NCBI GenBank assembly: GCA_902592965.1
Contig: CACJGL010000004.1
Coordinates: 4,624 to 68,623 of the forward strand
Reading direction: 5' to 3'
Length of the DNA: 64,000 bases
Source: an uncultured Pelagibacteraceae bacterium
GTDB lineage: Bacteria; Pseudomonadota; Alphaproteobacteria; Pelagibacterales; Pelagibacteraceae
This document shows positions 50,656-60,357 of the stretch, in pieces (position 1 is the first letter of the stretch; each line of letters begins with the position of its first letter). The translations under genes were made by a program, and so were the position numbers. Below the pieces are notes generated by a model. It did no database searches and was not told the origin of the DNA. It was given only the letters and a program-made list of their open reading frames with translations.

Positions 50656-51840
50656 TTATTTTAATTTTTTCTTGTGAAAATTAATAAATCTTTCAACATT
50701 TGATTTATTAAAAGTTTTATTTTCCTCAAATGAAACTTTTTTCATAGAATAAGCTGAACTTTTAGTTATTCTTGAATGAATAATAACATTCCCTTTATAT
50801 AACCTCAATTTAACTGATCCATTAACTTTACTTCTCTTAAGATCTACAATTCTTTGTAATTTAAATCTCTCTTTAGAAAACCAATATCCATTGTAAATCA
50901 GTTCCGCATATCTAGGCATAATTTTTTCTTTCTTATGCATTGTATCTTTATCAAGTGTAACAGACTCTATAGCCCTATGAGCGTGCATTAATAAAGTTCC
51001 GCCTGGTGTTTCGTATACACCTCTTGATTTTATACCGATAAATCTATTTTCTACTAGATCAACTCTTCCAACAGCATTTTTTCCAGCTATGTCGTTTAAT
51101 TTTCCAAGCAATTTAGATGGAGAGAATTTTTTCCCATTCACTGCAATCGGATCTCCACTTTTAAAGTCTATTTTTACAATTGAAGATTTATTAGGTGCTT
51201 TTTCTGGAGATACCGTTCTTTGAAAGATAAAGTCAGGTGCGGAGTTTTTTGGATTTTCTAACAACTTTCCTTCTGTTGATGTATGAAAAATATTATCGTC
51301 TACTGAAAAAGGTGGCGCTCCTTTCTTGTCTTTAGGTATTTCAATTTTATTTTTTTTTGCATAATTAATTAGATCTGATCTAGATTTCAGCTTCCAAATT
51401 CTCCAAGGTGCAATAACTTTTATTTTAGGACCAAAATAATGATAACCTAACTCAAATCTTACTTGATCATTTCCTTTTCCTGTTGATCCATGAGACACAG
51501 CATAGGCATTAAATTTTTTAGCAATTCTAATTTGATCTTTGGCTATTAAAGGTCTAGCAATTGAGGTTCCAAGCAAATAAACACCTTCATATATTGCATG
51601 GCCCCTAATCATTGGATAAACATAATCTTTTACAAAAATATCTTTTAGATCTTGAATAATAATATTTTTTACGCCAAGTTTTTTTGCGTTTCTGAAAATT
51701 TTATTTCTATCTATTTCTTGACCAATGTCTGCAGTATAACAAATTACTTCTGCATCATAATTTTCCTGTAACCATTTTAATATGATTGATGTGTCCAAAC
51801 CTCCAGAATAGGCAAGAACTATCTTTTTCTTTGATTTCAT
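50656..51840 (-). CDS. argG: Argininosuccinate synthase
   Basis: AYSGGLDTS, HGSTGKGNDQVRF, SRGVYETPGG. Confidence 0.98.
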   Translation of the reverse strand: MKSKKKIVLAYSGGLDTSIILKWLQENYDAEVICYTADIGQEIDRNKIFRNAKKLGVKNIIIQDLKDIFVKDYVYPMIRGHAIYEGVYLLGTSIARPLIAKDQIRIAKKFNAYAVSHGSTGKGNDQVRFELGYHYFGPKIKVIAPWRIWKLKSRSDLINYAKKNKIEIPKDKKGAPPFSVDDNIFHTSTEGKLLENPKNSAPDFIFQRTVSPEKAPNKSSIVKIDFKSGDPIAVNGKKFSPSKLLGKLNDIAGKNAVGRVDLVENRFIGIKSRGVYETPGGTLLMHAHRAIESVTLDKDTMHKKEKIMPRYAELIYNGYWFSKERFKLQRIVDLKRSKVNGSVKLRLYKGNVIIHSRITKSSAYSMKKVSFEENKTFNKSNVERFINFHKKKLK

Positions 51841-51843
51841 TAT

Positions 51844-52344
51844 TTAACTGCAGCTTTTTTTAGCTGCGTTATATGCTTTAGTGAAGCCCATCAAAGAATA
51901 ATGATCAATTGTTTGAGAACCAGATTTATTATATCCAGTAACCATTAATCTTGAGGCCTTTTTCATTCTGCTAACAACTTTTTTTTCAATTTTATTACTT
52001 GAAATCCATGCAAAATTATCTTGAGCTATATCAAATTTATATTTTGATTTACCAGAGCTAGCTGTAATTGAATTTTGACTGTTGTATTCATAGCCTGAGG
52101 TTGTGCTTACTTCGTCTTTAATTTTTTCAGATGGTCTAAAAGTTACAAATAATCTTGCATCTCTATCATTTTTTTTAGGAGATTGAAGAACAGGTTTAGA
52201 TTGAGCAAAACATACTTTGCTATCCCCATTAGTAACAACAATTGCATCCCAGTCTTTAAATGTTCCTATTTTATTTAATTCTTCTGAATAAGAAGTTGAT
52301 CCTAATAAGAGAATAAAAAAAATTATTTTAAAAATTATGGACAT
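51844..52344 (-). CDS. Invasion-associated locus B (IalB)-like exported protein
   Basis: Signal peptide, F.DW...CFA.S.P, D.YSL.GFT.A...C. Confidence 0.8.
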   Translation of the reverse strand: MSIIFKIIFFILLLGSTSYSEELNKIGTFKDWDAIVVTNGDSKVCFAQSKPVLQSPKKNDRDARLFVTFRPSEKIKDEVSTTSGYEYNSQNSITASSGKSKYKFDIAQDNFAWISSNKIEKKVVSRMKKASRLMVTGYNKSGSQTIDHYSLMGFTKAYNAAKKSCS

Positions 52345-53369
52345 GGATTTGGATATTTTTTTTGAATTTCATTAATTTCATTAATTATTTCTTTATCAAG
52401 ATTCACTTTTACACTTTCTATATTTGTTTTCAACTGCTCCATTGTTGTTGCACCAATAATAACGCTAGACATGAAATCCTGTACCTCACAAAATTTTATA
52501 CACATTTGACTCATATCAATGTTGTATTTTTCACTAATATTAAAATACTCATCAACAGCTTCGTTAGTATTTGGTTTTCGATATCTTGTCCAAAAATCCC
52601 AATCTCTTTCCATCCGAGATCCTTTTGGAAATTGCTTATTTCTATATTTACCACTTAAAAAACCACTGGCTAAAGGAGAATAAGATAAACAGCCAATATT
52701 TTCTCTTATAGACACCTCAGCTAATCCAACTTCATATGACCTATTTAATAAACTATAGGGATTTTGTATGGACATCATTCTTGGCAAACTCTTTTCCTTT
52801 GAGAGTTTGAGATAATTCATAACACCCCAAGGAGTTTCATTAGATAAACCTACATGTCTAATTTTACCTTGCTCAATATACTTTTGTAATTCAACCAACA
52901 CGTCTTCGAATTTATTCCATTCATTTTCTTTATGCACATAACCCAGTCTTCCAAAATTGTTTACATTTCTTTCTGGCCAATGAAGCTGATACAAATCTAT
53001 ATAATCAGTTTTAAGTCTTTTAAGACTGTTATGAAGTGCAGTTTCCAGATTCTTCCCTACAAAACTATTTTCACCATTTCTAATATAATCTCTTGCAGGA
53101 CCACAAACTTTAGTTGCGAGTATCACATCTTTTCTTTTTTTTGTTTTTTCAAACCAATTTCCAATTATCGTCTCTGTATGACCAAAAGTTTCAGCTTTAG
53201 GAGGTACCGCATAAAGTTCTGCTGTATCCCAAAAATTAACCCCATTTTCTAGTGAGAAATCCATTTGTTCGAAGGCCTCTTCTTGGCTATTTTGTTCACC
53301 CCAAGTCATGGTGCCGAGACAAATTGTGCTAATATCTATATCAGTTGTTCCTAATTTTTTATAATTCAT
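52335..53369 (-). CDS. Aldo/keto reductase (Tas-like)
   Basis: LGTMTWGEQ, DTAELY, YQLHWP, GLSNETPWG, QNPYSLLNR. Confidence 0.93.
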   Translation of the reverse strand: MNYKKLGTTDIDISTICLGTMTWGEQNSQEEAFEQMDFSLENGVNFWDTAELYAVPPKAETFGHTETIIGNWFEKTKKRKDVILATKVCGPARDYIRNGENSFVGKNLETALHNSLKRLKTDYIDLYQLHWPERNVNNFGRLGYVHKENEWNKFEDVLVELQKYIEQGKIRHVGLSNETPWGVMNYLKLSKEKSLPRMMSIQNPYSLLNRSYEVGLAEVSIRENIGCLSYSPLASGFLSGKYRNKQFPKGSRMERDWDFWTRYRKPNTNEAVDEYFNISEKYNIDMSQMCIKFCEVQDFMSSVIIGATTMEQLKTNIESVKVNLDKEIINEINEIQKKYPNPCP

Positions 53370-53404
53370 TAAATATTAAGTATTTGTTACCTTTATTTTG
53401 ACTG

Positions 53405-53435
53405 CTTGAAAAATTTAAAATTTATTACTATATAT
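53405..53435 (+). promoter_or_regulatory. Putative RpoH-like promoter of the Bax inhibitor-1 gene
   Basis: CTTGAA-N17-CTATATAT, 6 nt before ATG 53442. Confidence 0.4.
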
Positions 53436-53441
53436 TTAATT

Positions 53442-54200
53442 ATGGAATTCAATAGAGACAATATTCTAAATAGATCAACGACAGCAAAAAAAGCTGTTGT
53501 GATGGATGAAGGCCTTAGAGCCTACATGCTTAAAGTTTACAACTACATGGCAACTGGAGTTTTGCTAACAGGAATCATTGCATTGCTATCTTTTAAAATG
53601 TCAGTAGTTACAGATGCAAGTGGATCAATAGTTGCTTTAACTGAGTTCGGAAATGCAATTTATCTATCAGGATTGAAATGGGTGGTTATGTTAGCTCCTC
53701 TCGGAATTGTTTTTTATATGAGTTTTGGGATAAATAAAATGAGTTCTTCAAAAGCTCAAACTACTTTTTGGATTTTTGCAGCCTTGATGGGTTTATCACT
53801 ATCATCAATTTTATTAGTTTACACAGGACTCAGTGTAACGAGAGTATTTTTCATATCTTCAGCAACATTTGGAGCTATGAGTATATATGGTTACACAACT
53901 AAAAGAGACCTCACAAAATTTGGATCATTCTTAATGATGGGTTTGATCGGTATTATAATCGCATCTTTAGTAAATATTTTCTTAAAATCTTCAATGATGT
54001 ACTTTGCTATTTCAATCATTGGAGTTCTTATATTTGTTGGATTAACTGCATACGATACACAAAAAATTAAGAATATGTACGCAGCATCAGATTCAGGTGA
54101 AGTAATAGGCAAGAAAGCTGTTATGGGAGCTTTAACATTATATTTAGATTTTATAAATTTATTTATAATGCTTTTAAGATTGTTTGGTCAAAGAAGATAA
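53442..54200 (+). CDS. Bax inhibitor-1/YccA family protein
   Basis: DEGLRAYMLKVYNYM, YGYTTKRDL, TAYDTQKIK, LYLDFINLF. Confidence 0.95.
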   Translation: MEFNRDNILNRSTTAKKAVVMDEGLRAYMLKVYNYMATGVLLTGIIALLSFKMSVVTDASGSIVALTEFGNAIYLSGLKWVVMLAPLGIVFYMSFGINKMSSSKAQTTFWIFAALMGLSLSSILLVYTGLSVTRVFFISSATFGAMSIYGYTTKRDLTKFGSFLMMGLIGIIIASLVNIFLKSSMMYFAISIIGVLIFVGLTAYDTQKIKNMYAASDSGEVIGKKAVMGALTLYLDFINLFIMLLRLFGQRR

Positions 54201-54207
54201 TCAAAAA

Positions 54208-54543
54208 CTATAGTTTTTTCCAATTTGTTTTTTTTAGAAGTATTTCTAAATCATAAGCATTATTTAAAATTTTACCATTTCTATCAGTTATTAAATATTT
54301 CAAATTCTTATTAGAAGGTTTAAAATTTTTACTAATGTTGTAGATAGCTTTTTCTGCTGCATTTTTAAAAATACTAAAACTTACACTTTTACTTGATATT
54401 GAGAGGCCATAGTCTTTCCATGATCCTTCAGATACCATTTTAGCATATAGGTCTAATATAATTTTTAGTTCTTTTTTTTCAAAAAAATACCTTTGGTTTT
54501 GTTCTTTATTTGAATTATTTATTACTAATTTTAAATTACTCAT
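54208..54543 (-). CDS. DUF2794 family protein
   Basis: F.K.EL..IL.LY..MV..G.WKDY...FSIFK..AE. Confidence 0.85.
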   Translation of the reverse strand: MSNLKLVINNSNKEQNQRYFFEKKELKIILDLYAKMVSEGSWKDYGLSISSKSVSFSIFKNAAEKAIYNISKNFKPSNKNLKYLITDRNGKILNNAYDLEILLKKTNWKKL

Positions 54544-55087
54544 TTAATTTGTGTTTATTAATCAACCCAACTTGTGATGCTGTAAAGATGAATGTAATTG
54601 GTAGCATTCCCCAAACTTTAAAGTTAACCCAAAATTCTTCTGTTTGAGTTCTCCAAACAATTTCATTTAATATAGCTAAAAAAATAAAAAAATAAGTCCA
54701 TCTGTTATTCAAAATTTTCCAACCTTCATCAGACATTGGCAGTGTTTTTCCAAGTATTAATTTTAAAACTGGTTCATTGGTGAAGTATTTTCCAAAGAAT
54801 AAAGCTAAGGCAAATAAAATATTTATAATAGTGGGTTTCATATAAATAAAAATTGGATTATCAAAATAAATTGTTAAACCTCCAAATAGAGTAATTAAAA
54901 TTCCTCCTAACAAAGGAACCATCGGAACTTTCTTTTCCAGTATCCAAACCAAGAGAACAGAAATTATTGTTGCGACAATTAGAGGTGGTATTGCAACTTT
55001 TAAATTTTTATCACTGTTATAATAAAAGAAGAAAAAAATAGCTAAAGGCCCAACGTCTGTAATGAATTTTAGAAGTGATTTATTCAC
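54536..55087 (-). CDS. ispZ: Intracellular septation protein A
   Basis: FGGLT, FIYMKPTI, NEIVWR, WVNFKVWG. Confidence 0.93.
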   Translation of the reverse strand: MNKSLLKFITDVGPLAIFFFFYYNSDKNLKVAIPPLIVATIISVLLVWILEKKVPMVPLLGGILITLFGGLTIYFDNPIFIYMKPTIINILFALALFFGKYFTNEPVLKLILGKTLPMSDEGWKILNNRWTYFFIFLAILNEIVWRTQTEEFWVNFKVWGMLPITFIFTASQVGLINKHKLNE

Positions 55088-55130
55088 TGCTACATATTAA
55101 CAGATTAATAAAACATTTATATTTTTTTTA

Positions 55131-55158
55131 TTGATTTTTTTCATCAAATATCCATATT
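55131..55158 (+). promoter_or_regulatory. Putative RpoH-like promoter of hspQ
   Basis: TTGATT-N15-CCATATT shortly before the GTG start; hspQ is a heat-shock gene. Confidence 0.4.
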
Positions 55159-55165
55159 TAATATC

Positions 55166-55486
55166 GTGAGTACTCAAAAAGCTAAATTTTCAATTGGAGA
55201 CGTTGTAAAACATAGACACTTCGATTTTAGAGGTGTGATTTACGATGTTGACTTTGAATTTAATAACTCAGAGGAGTGGTATCAATCGATTCCAAAAAAC
55301 GTGAGACCTAGAAAGGATCAGCCATTTTATCATTTACTAGCAGAGAATGATGAAATTACTTACGAGGCTTATGTGTCTGAGCAAAATCTATTATTTGATG
55401 ACTCTGAAGAGCCTATAAAACACCCTCTAATTAATGAAATTTTTTCAGGTAAGCGTGGATCAAGCTACTTCAAGCCTTCAAATTAA
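55166..55486 (+). CDS. hspQ: Heat shock protein HspQ
   Basis: AKFSIG.VV.H..F.FRGVIYDVD, QPFYHL, AYVSEQNL. Confidence 0.95.
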   Translation: MSTQKAKFSIGDVVKHRHFDFRGVIYDVDFEFNNSEEWYQSIPKNVRPRKDQPFYHLLAENDEITYEAYVSEQNLLFDDSEEPIKHPLINEIFSGKRGSSYFKPSN

Positions 55487-55554
55487 CTAATAGCCAATAT
55501 TTAAACACAATTGTCCCAAATCTCTGTCATATCTGTCTGTTATAAAATTTTTAA

Positions 55555-55608
55555 TTCTGATCAAGAGTACTGTTTTTCCTCTATCTCCCTCTGTATTCTT
55601 GGTCAGAA
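55555..55608 (+). ncRNA. Candidate structured RNA: 16-bp stem with 22-nt CU-rich loop
   Basis: TTCTGATCAAGAGTAC pairs with GTATTCTTGGTCAGAA using two G-U pairs (plus strand only); lies in an unusually long spacer. Confidence 0.4.
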
Positions 55609-55653
55609 AATTTTGAACAATTTTAATCTAAAATTTATGTGTTATAAAAAATT

Positions 55654-56361
55654 ATGATTAATTATTTCAATCCAAATAATACTTTAAAGATAATTAATAA
55701 AATACAAAAGTTTGTATTTGCGCTATTTATAATTGTATTGTTACTTGGATTAGTTGAAGCTTTAGTTCTTTCTCCTGAGGATTATAAGCAGAGTGACTCA
55801 GTTAGGATTATGTATGTCCATGTTCCATCAGCTTGGATATCACTCGGAATATTTTCATTTATTTCCATTCTTTCTTTTGGAGTTTTTGTTTTTAAAAATA
55901 AAAATTTCTCTTTAATAACAAAAAGTTTAGCACCTTCTGGTTTTGTTTTTAGCATAATAGCTTTAGTTACAGGATCAATTTGGGGAAAACCAACCTGGGG
56001 AACTTGGTGGGCTTGGGATGCAAGAATAACTTCAATGCTCTTACTTTCAATTTTTTATTTATTGTTCATTACTTCTTGGAAGATTACGACAGATACTAGT
56101 AAAGCAGAAAAAATTAGCTCAATAATAGCAATTATTGGTCTTATAAATATTCCAGTTATAAAATTTTCAGTAGAATGGTGGAATACTTTACACCAACCTG
56201 CGTCAGTAAAAATTTTGGAAGAAACAACAATTCATTCTTCAATGTTGACACCATTAGCTATAATGACTGCGGCATTTGCTCTATTTTCACTTTTGATATT
56301 TTTAATGAAATATAATACAGAACTGTTAAAGATTAAAAATAAAGGTCTTAATAGATTATGA
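55654..56361 (+). CDS. ccmC: Heme exporter protein C
   Basis: MYVHVP, TGSIWGKPTWGTWWAWDAR, WWNTLHQ. Confidence 0.97.
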   Translation: MINYFNPNNTLKIINKIQKFVFALFIIVLLLGLVEALVLSPEDYKQSDSVRIMYVHVPSAWISLGIFSFISILSFGVFVFKNKNFSLITKSLAPSGFVFSIIALVTGSIWGKPTWGTWWAWDARITSMLLLSIFYLLFITSWKITTDTSKAEKISSIIAIIGLINIPVIKFSVEWWNTLHQPASVKILEETTIHSSMLTPLAIMTAAFALFSLLIFLMKYNTELLKIKNKGLNRL

Positions 56362-56591
56362 TTAGTGAACTACTAAATATGAATGGATACGGTGTATACG
56401 TTTGGTCATCATTTATATTTACTCTATTTTCTTTTAGCTTCTTGTACGCGATAGTAAAATTAAATTTAATTAAAGAGAAAAAGAAATTTGAGGAAAATTA
56501 TAAATCACTTGATGAAAAGAAACTTGCATCAGTAGCTAAGCAAAAAACGTACAGAGAGATATTAGTAAACACTTCCACATCTAAAGTTTAA
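56358..56591 (+). CDS. ccmD: Heme exporter protein D
   Basis: M.GYG.YVWSS plus TM helix; between ccmC and ccmE. Confidence 0.88.
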   Translation: MISELLNMNGYGVYVWSSFIFTLFSFSFLYAIVKLNLIKEKKKFEENYKSLDEKKLASVAKQKTYREILVNTSTSKV

Positions 56592-56602
56592 CTAAAATTC
56601 AC

Positions 56603-57025
56603 ATGTACGGAAAAAAAGTTAAATTTAGAGCCCTTTTTATTTTTTTAATTTTAATTTCATTAGTTCTTGCAATTTTTTTGGTGGTTAAATCTCTTGAGGA
56701 AAACGTAGTATATTTTAAGTCTCCAACAGACATTAAAAATCTTAATGAAATCAAAAATGCTCAAAAAATTAGAGTTGGTGGAATGGTGAAAAAAAATTCT
56801 ATTAAAATAAACGATAAAGAAATTTTTTTCGTAATTACGGATTTCAAAAATGAATTATTAGTAAACTTTAATGGATCAGTGCCTAATTTGTTTGAAGAGG
56901 GTAAGGGTGTAGTTGCTGAAGGTTTCTTAAAGGATAAAAGTTTTCTAAATGCTGACAAGATTTTAGCAAAACATGATGAAAATTATATGCCTCCTGAAGT
57001 CAGCGAAGCTATGAAAAACAATTAA
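56603..57025 (+). CDS. ccmE: Heme chaperone CcmE
   Basis: [23 protein letters not shown]. Confidence 0.97.
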   Translation: MYGKKVKFRALFIFLILISLVLAIFLVVKSLEENVVYFKSPTDIKNLNEIKNAQKIRVGGMVKKNSIKINDKEIFFVITDFKNELLVNFNGSVPNLFEEGKGVVAEGFLKDKSFLNADKILAKHDENYMPPEVSEAMKNN

Positions 57026-57030
57026 TTTGT

Positions 57031-58911
57031 ATGTCTAATTATTTAGGAAATTATTCTTTATATATTGCTTTAATTGCATCTGTTTATTTAATTTTTAAGT
57101 CATACTTGGATGCAAATTCAGAAAATAAATATTTAGATAAAAACTTTATTTTAATTACTTCAATACAAACTTTAATGATTACGATAAGTTTTTTTAGTCT
57201 AGTTGCAGCTTTTGTAATTTCAGATTTTAGTAATGAAACTGTTTTCAACAATTCTCATACTTTAAAACCTTTATTTTACAAAGTTTCAGGCACATGGGGA
57301 AATCACGAGGGAAGTTTATTATTGTGGTTATTGGTTCTTTCAATTTTTCTATTTATTTTTTTATTAAATTCAAGATCACAAGATACTAAATACAAACTTC
57401 TAACGATACTATTTCAACAAATTATTATTTCAGGTTTTCTAGTTTTTATTTTATTAACTTCCAACCCATTCAAAACGCTTTATCCAATTCCTAGCGAGGG
57501 ATTAGGTTTGAACCCTATTTTACAAGACCCTGCTTTAGCTATTCACCCTCCAATTTTATATTTAGGTTATGTTGGAACATCAATTATCTTTTCAGCTTCA
57601 CTTGCCTCAATGATTAGTGGAAATATTGGAGATAAGTGGGCAAGACATATTAAAAGATGGGTTTTGGTATCTTGGGTATTTTTAACGATCGGTATTTTGC
57701 TAGGATCTATATGGGCATATTATGAGCTGGGCTGGGGAGGTTTTTGGTTTTGGGATCCTGTAGAAAATGTTTCATTAATGCCATGGTTTTGCTTAACAGC
57801 ACTCTTGCATACAGTAATTGTATTACAAAAAAGAAATTCTTTTAAAGAGTGGACTATTATTTTGTCAATTACAACTTTTTCACTGAGTATGAGTGGTACT
57901 TTTCTTGTTAGGTCTGGAATTTTAAATTCAATTCACACTTTTGCAAACGATCCATCAAGAGGGTTATTTATATTAAGTTTTCTCTTTATCCTAATATTGA
58001 TGTCTATATTAATTTTCTTTTTTAATCAGAATAAAATATCAAACGCAGCAAAAGAGAATTTTATTTTAAGTAAAGAGACTGCAATATTAGTGAATAATTG
58101 GTTTATGATGTTTTTTTTATCTGTTGTTCTTGTTGGTACAATTTATCCAATTTTTCTTGAAGTTTTAAATGGTTCAAAAATTTCTGTTGGTCCACCTTTT
58201 TATCATAATCTTTTAATACCTTTCTTAATTCCTTTTTTAATATTCATGAGCTTTGGCCCAAGTTTGAAATGGATTAAAGATAAATTAAAGAAATTTAACT
58301 ATAATATTTTAATTATTTTTTTGGTTTCACTACTTATTTCGTATTTCATTTTAACAAAAACAGAAAATTCATTTTTGTTATCTATTCCTCTGATAGTTTT
58401 GAGCACCTACCTTTTGCTGGTAACAATTAAGGATTTTTTTGTTAGTAGATCCTCGATTAGCCAAAAAATTTCGCATTTTGGTTTTAGTTTATTAATTACA
58501 AGTATCTTATTGAATGGCCTTTTTTCCAATGAATTCAATTCAAATATGAAAGTAGGAGATGAAAGAATATTCAACGAAAAAGTTCTAAAATTAAAAGAGG
58601 TTAATGTTACAGATGTGGACAATTATAAATCTCTTAAAGCTAGTTTTGAAGTTACAAATAAAAAGTCCTCTTTTGCTTTATACCCAGAAGTTAGGATTTA
58701 CCAGCAGCCTTTAACTATTACGAGTGAAGCAGATATTAAGACAACATTATTTTCAGATAATTTTTTAGTATTTAATATCCTAAAAGACGATGGTTATTAT
58801 AACGTAAGATATCAATATAAACCCTTAATGATTTGGATATGGATCTCAACTATATTTATTGGTTTTGGTGGTTTATTAAGTGTTATTAGTAAAAATGAGC
58901 AAAAATATTAA
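57031..58911 (+). CDS. ccmF: Cytochrome c heme lyase CcmF
   Basis: WGNHEGS, IHPP, WAYYELGWGGFWFWDPVEN, SIHTF. Confidence 0.97.
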   Translation: MSNYLGNYSLYIALIASVYLIFKSYLDANSENKYLDKNFILITSIQTLMITISFFSLVAAFVISDFSNETVFNNSHTLKPLFYKVSGTWGNHEGSLLLWLLVLSIFLFIFLLNSRSQDTKYKLLTILFQQIIISGFLVFILLTSNPFKTLYPIPSEGLGLNPILQDPALAIHPPILYLGYVGTSIIFSASLASMISGNIGDKWARHIKRWVLVSWVFLTIGILLGSIWAYYELGWGGFWFWDPVENVSLMPWFCLTALLHTVIVLQKRNSFKEWTIILSITTFSLSMSGTFLVRSGILNSIHTFANDPSRGLFILSFLFILILMSILIFFFNQNKISNAAKENFILSKETAILVNNWFMMFFLSVVLVGTIYPIFLEVLNGSKISVGPPFYHNLLIPFLIPFLIFMSFGPSLKWIKDKLKKFNYNILIIFLVSLLISYFILTKTENSFLLSIPLIVLSTYLLLVTIKDFFVSRSSISQKISHFGFSLLITSILLNGLFSNEFNSNMKVGDERIFNEKVLKLKEVNVTDVDNYKSLKASFEVTNKKSSFALYPEVRIYQQPLTITSEADIKTTLFSDNFLVFNILKDDGYYNVRYQYKPLMIWIWISTIFIGFGGLLSVISKNEQKY

Positions 58912-59425
58912 ATTTTTAGGATTACTACTAACACTAATAATAATTTTTATAATCTTGCTCAAGGGATTGAACGTATCGAAAGATTATTCTAACGAGAAAT
59001 TAAAAAGTCAAATAGATTTTTCACTTAATGCAAAAAAACTATTTTCTGATGAAATAATTAATATTTCAGACTTATTTAATAAAAATAGTCCTTCAGTAGT
59101 AAATATTTGGGCATCTTGGTGTGCACCATGTAGAGAAGAGCACCAGTTTTTAATGAAATTAAAAGATATGAACATAAATATAATTGGAATTAATTATAAA
59201 GACAGTCCAAAAAATGCGAAAAATTTTTTAAGCTCACTTGGAAATCCTTATTCAGAAGTTATTACCGATAGTGATGGAACAAAATCAATAGAATTTGGAG
59301 CTATTGGTGTTCCTGAAACTTTTATTATAAGTGGTAAAACAAATGAGATAATAAAAAAGTATATTGGTCCATTGACGAGCGAAAATTTAATAGAAATAAA
59401 AAAATTATTAAAAAAAAATGCTTAA
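58895..59425 (+). CDS. ccmG: Thiol-disulfide oxidoreductase CcmG/DsbE
   Basis: WASWCAPCREEH, GNPY, GVPETF; likely start ATG 58895. Confidence 0.93.
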   Translation: MSKNIKFLGLLLTLIIIFIILLKGLNVSKDYSNEKLKSQIDFSLNAKKLFSDEIINISDLFNKNSPSVVNIWASWCAPCREEHQFLMKLKDMNINIIGINYKDSPKNAKNFLSSLGNPYSEVITDSDGTKSIEFGAIGVPETFIISGKTNEIIKKYIGPLTSENLIEIKKLLKKNA

Positions 59426-59777
59426 AATTTTAAAATTGATATTGCTGCTATATTTTAGTTTTAATTTTTCCTATGCTAATGAAATAAATACCAAAGTAGA
59501 TCAAATTACAAAAAACTTAAGGTGTTTGATATGCCAAGGTCAATCTGTTTACGACTCTCAGTCCGATTTTGCTATTAGTATGAAGCTTGTTGTAAAAAAT
59601 AAGATTGATGAAGGTAAAGAAGAAGAAGAAATATATGATTATTTAAAAAATAAATATGGAGAATGGATTGTATATGAACCAGAATTAAACCAAAATACAT
59701 TTTTACTCTGGTCAATACCTTTGATTTTATTCGCTTTTGGCGGCCTTTTAATTATTAGAAAAGTATCTATAAAGTAA
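59418..59777 (+). CDS. ccmH: Cytochrome c biogenesis protein CcmH
   Basis: LRCLICQGQSV.DS, YGEWI. Confidence 0.95.
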   Translation: MLKILKLILLLYFSFNFSYANEINTKVDQITKNLRCLICQGQSVYDSQSDFAISMKLVVKNKIDEGKEEEEIYDYLKNKYGEWIVYEPELNQNTFLLWSIPLILFAFGGLLIIRKVSIK

Positions 59778-59784
59778 TTTATAT

Positions 59785-60342
59785 ATGAGAATTGCTATTA
59801 GCTTAATTTTTTTATTTCTTTTATCCGTAAAATTCAATTCCGCTTTTGCTGAAGATAAACGACAAGAAGAAACTTATATTAAAGTCGGTGTATTTGATTA
59901 CATTCACCAAACTGATATGTACGCTGTTAACAGAAAAAAAGTTACCGATAATTATTTAAATATTAAATATCTTGGTGAATTAACACAGATTTATGACTTG
60001 ATGCTCATGGGCGATGTCCGAGAAGGATATTCAGATAAAGCAATTCTAAAAGAAAGAGAAGAATATGCAATTTATTTTTCTTCAGGATATCAAAAAAATT
60101 TCAATTTATCTGAAAATGTTATTTTTGCACCCAGTTTTAGCGTTGGTCTATATGAATCATTTGATCAAGGAAAAAAAATGGGTTTACCTATTGAGTTTAA
60201 AACAGAAATTGAATTAAACTACAAAACTAAAAATGATTTAATATTTAACATTACATATAATCATATTTCAAATGCCGACATTGGTAATACTAATCCTGGC
60301 TCGGACAATTTTTTAGTTGGTTTTAGATATAAAACAAATTAA
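59785..60342 (+). CDS. PagL-like lipid A 3-O-deacylase (outer-membrane beta-barrel)
   Basis: Signal peptide, EFKTEIE, HISNA...NPG motif. Confidence 0.78.
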   Translation: MRIAISLIFLFLLSVKFNSAFAEDKRQEETYIKVGVFDYIHQTDMYAVNRKKVTDNYLNIKYLGELTQIYDLMLMGDVREGYSDKAILKEREEYAIYFSSGYQKNFNLSENVIFAPSFSVGLYESFDQGKKMGLPIEFKTEIELNYKTKNDLIFNITYNHISNADIGNTNPGSDNFLVGFRYKTN

Positions 60343-60357
60343 AAATTATAAAAAAAA

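Noticed and set aside
55654-59777. ccm cluster lacking ccmA/ccmB
   Set aside because: ccmAB are often encoded separately in alphaproteobacteria; absence from this window is uninformative
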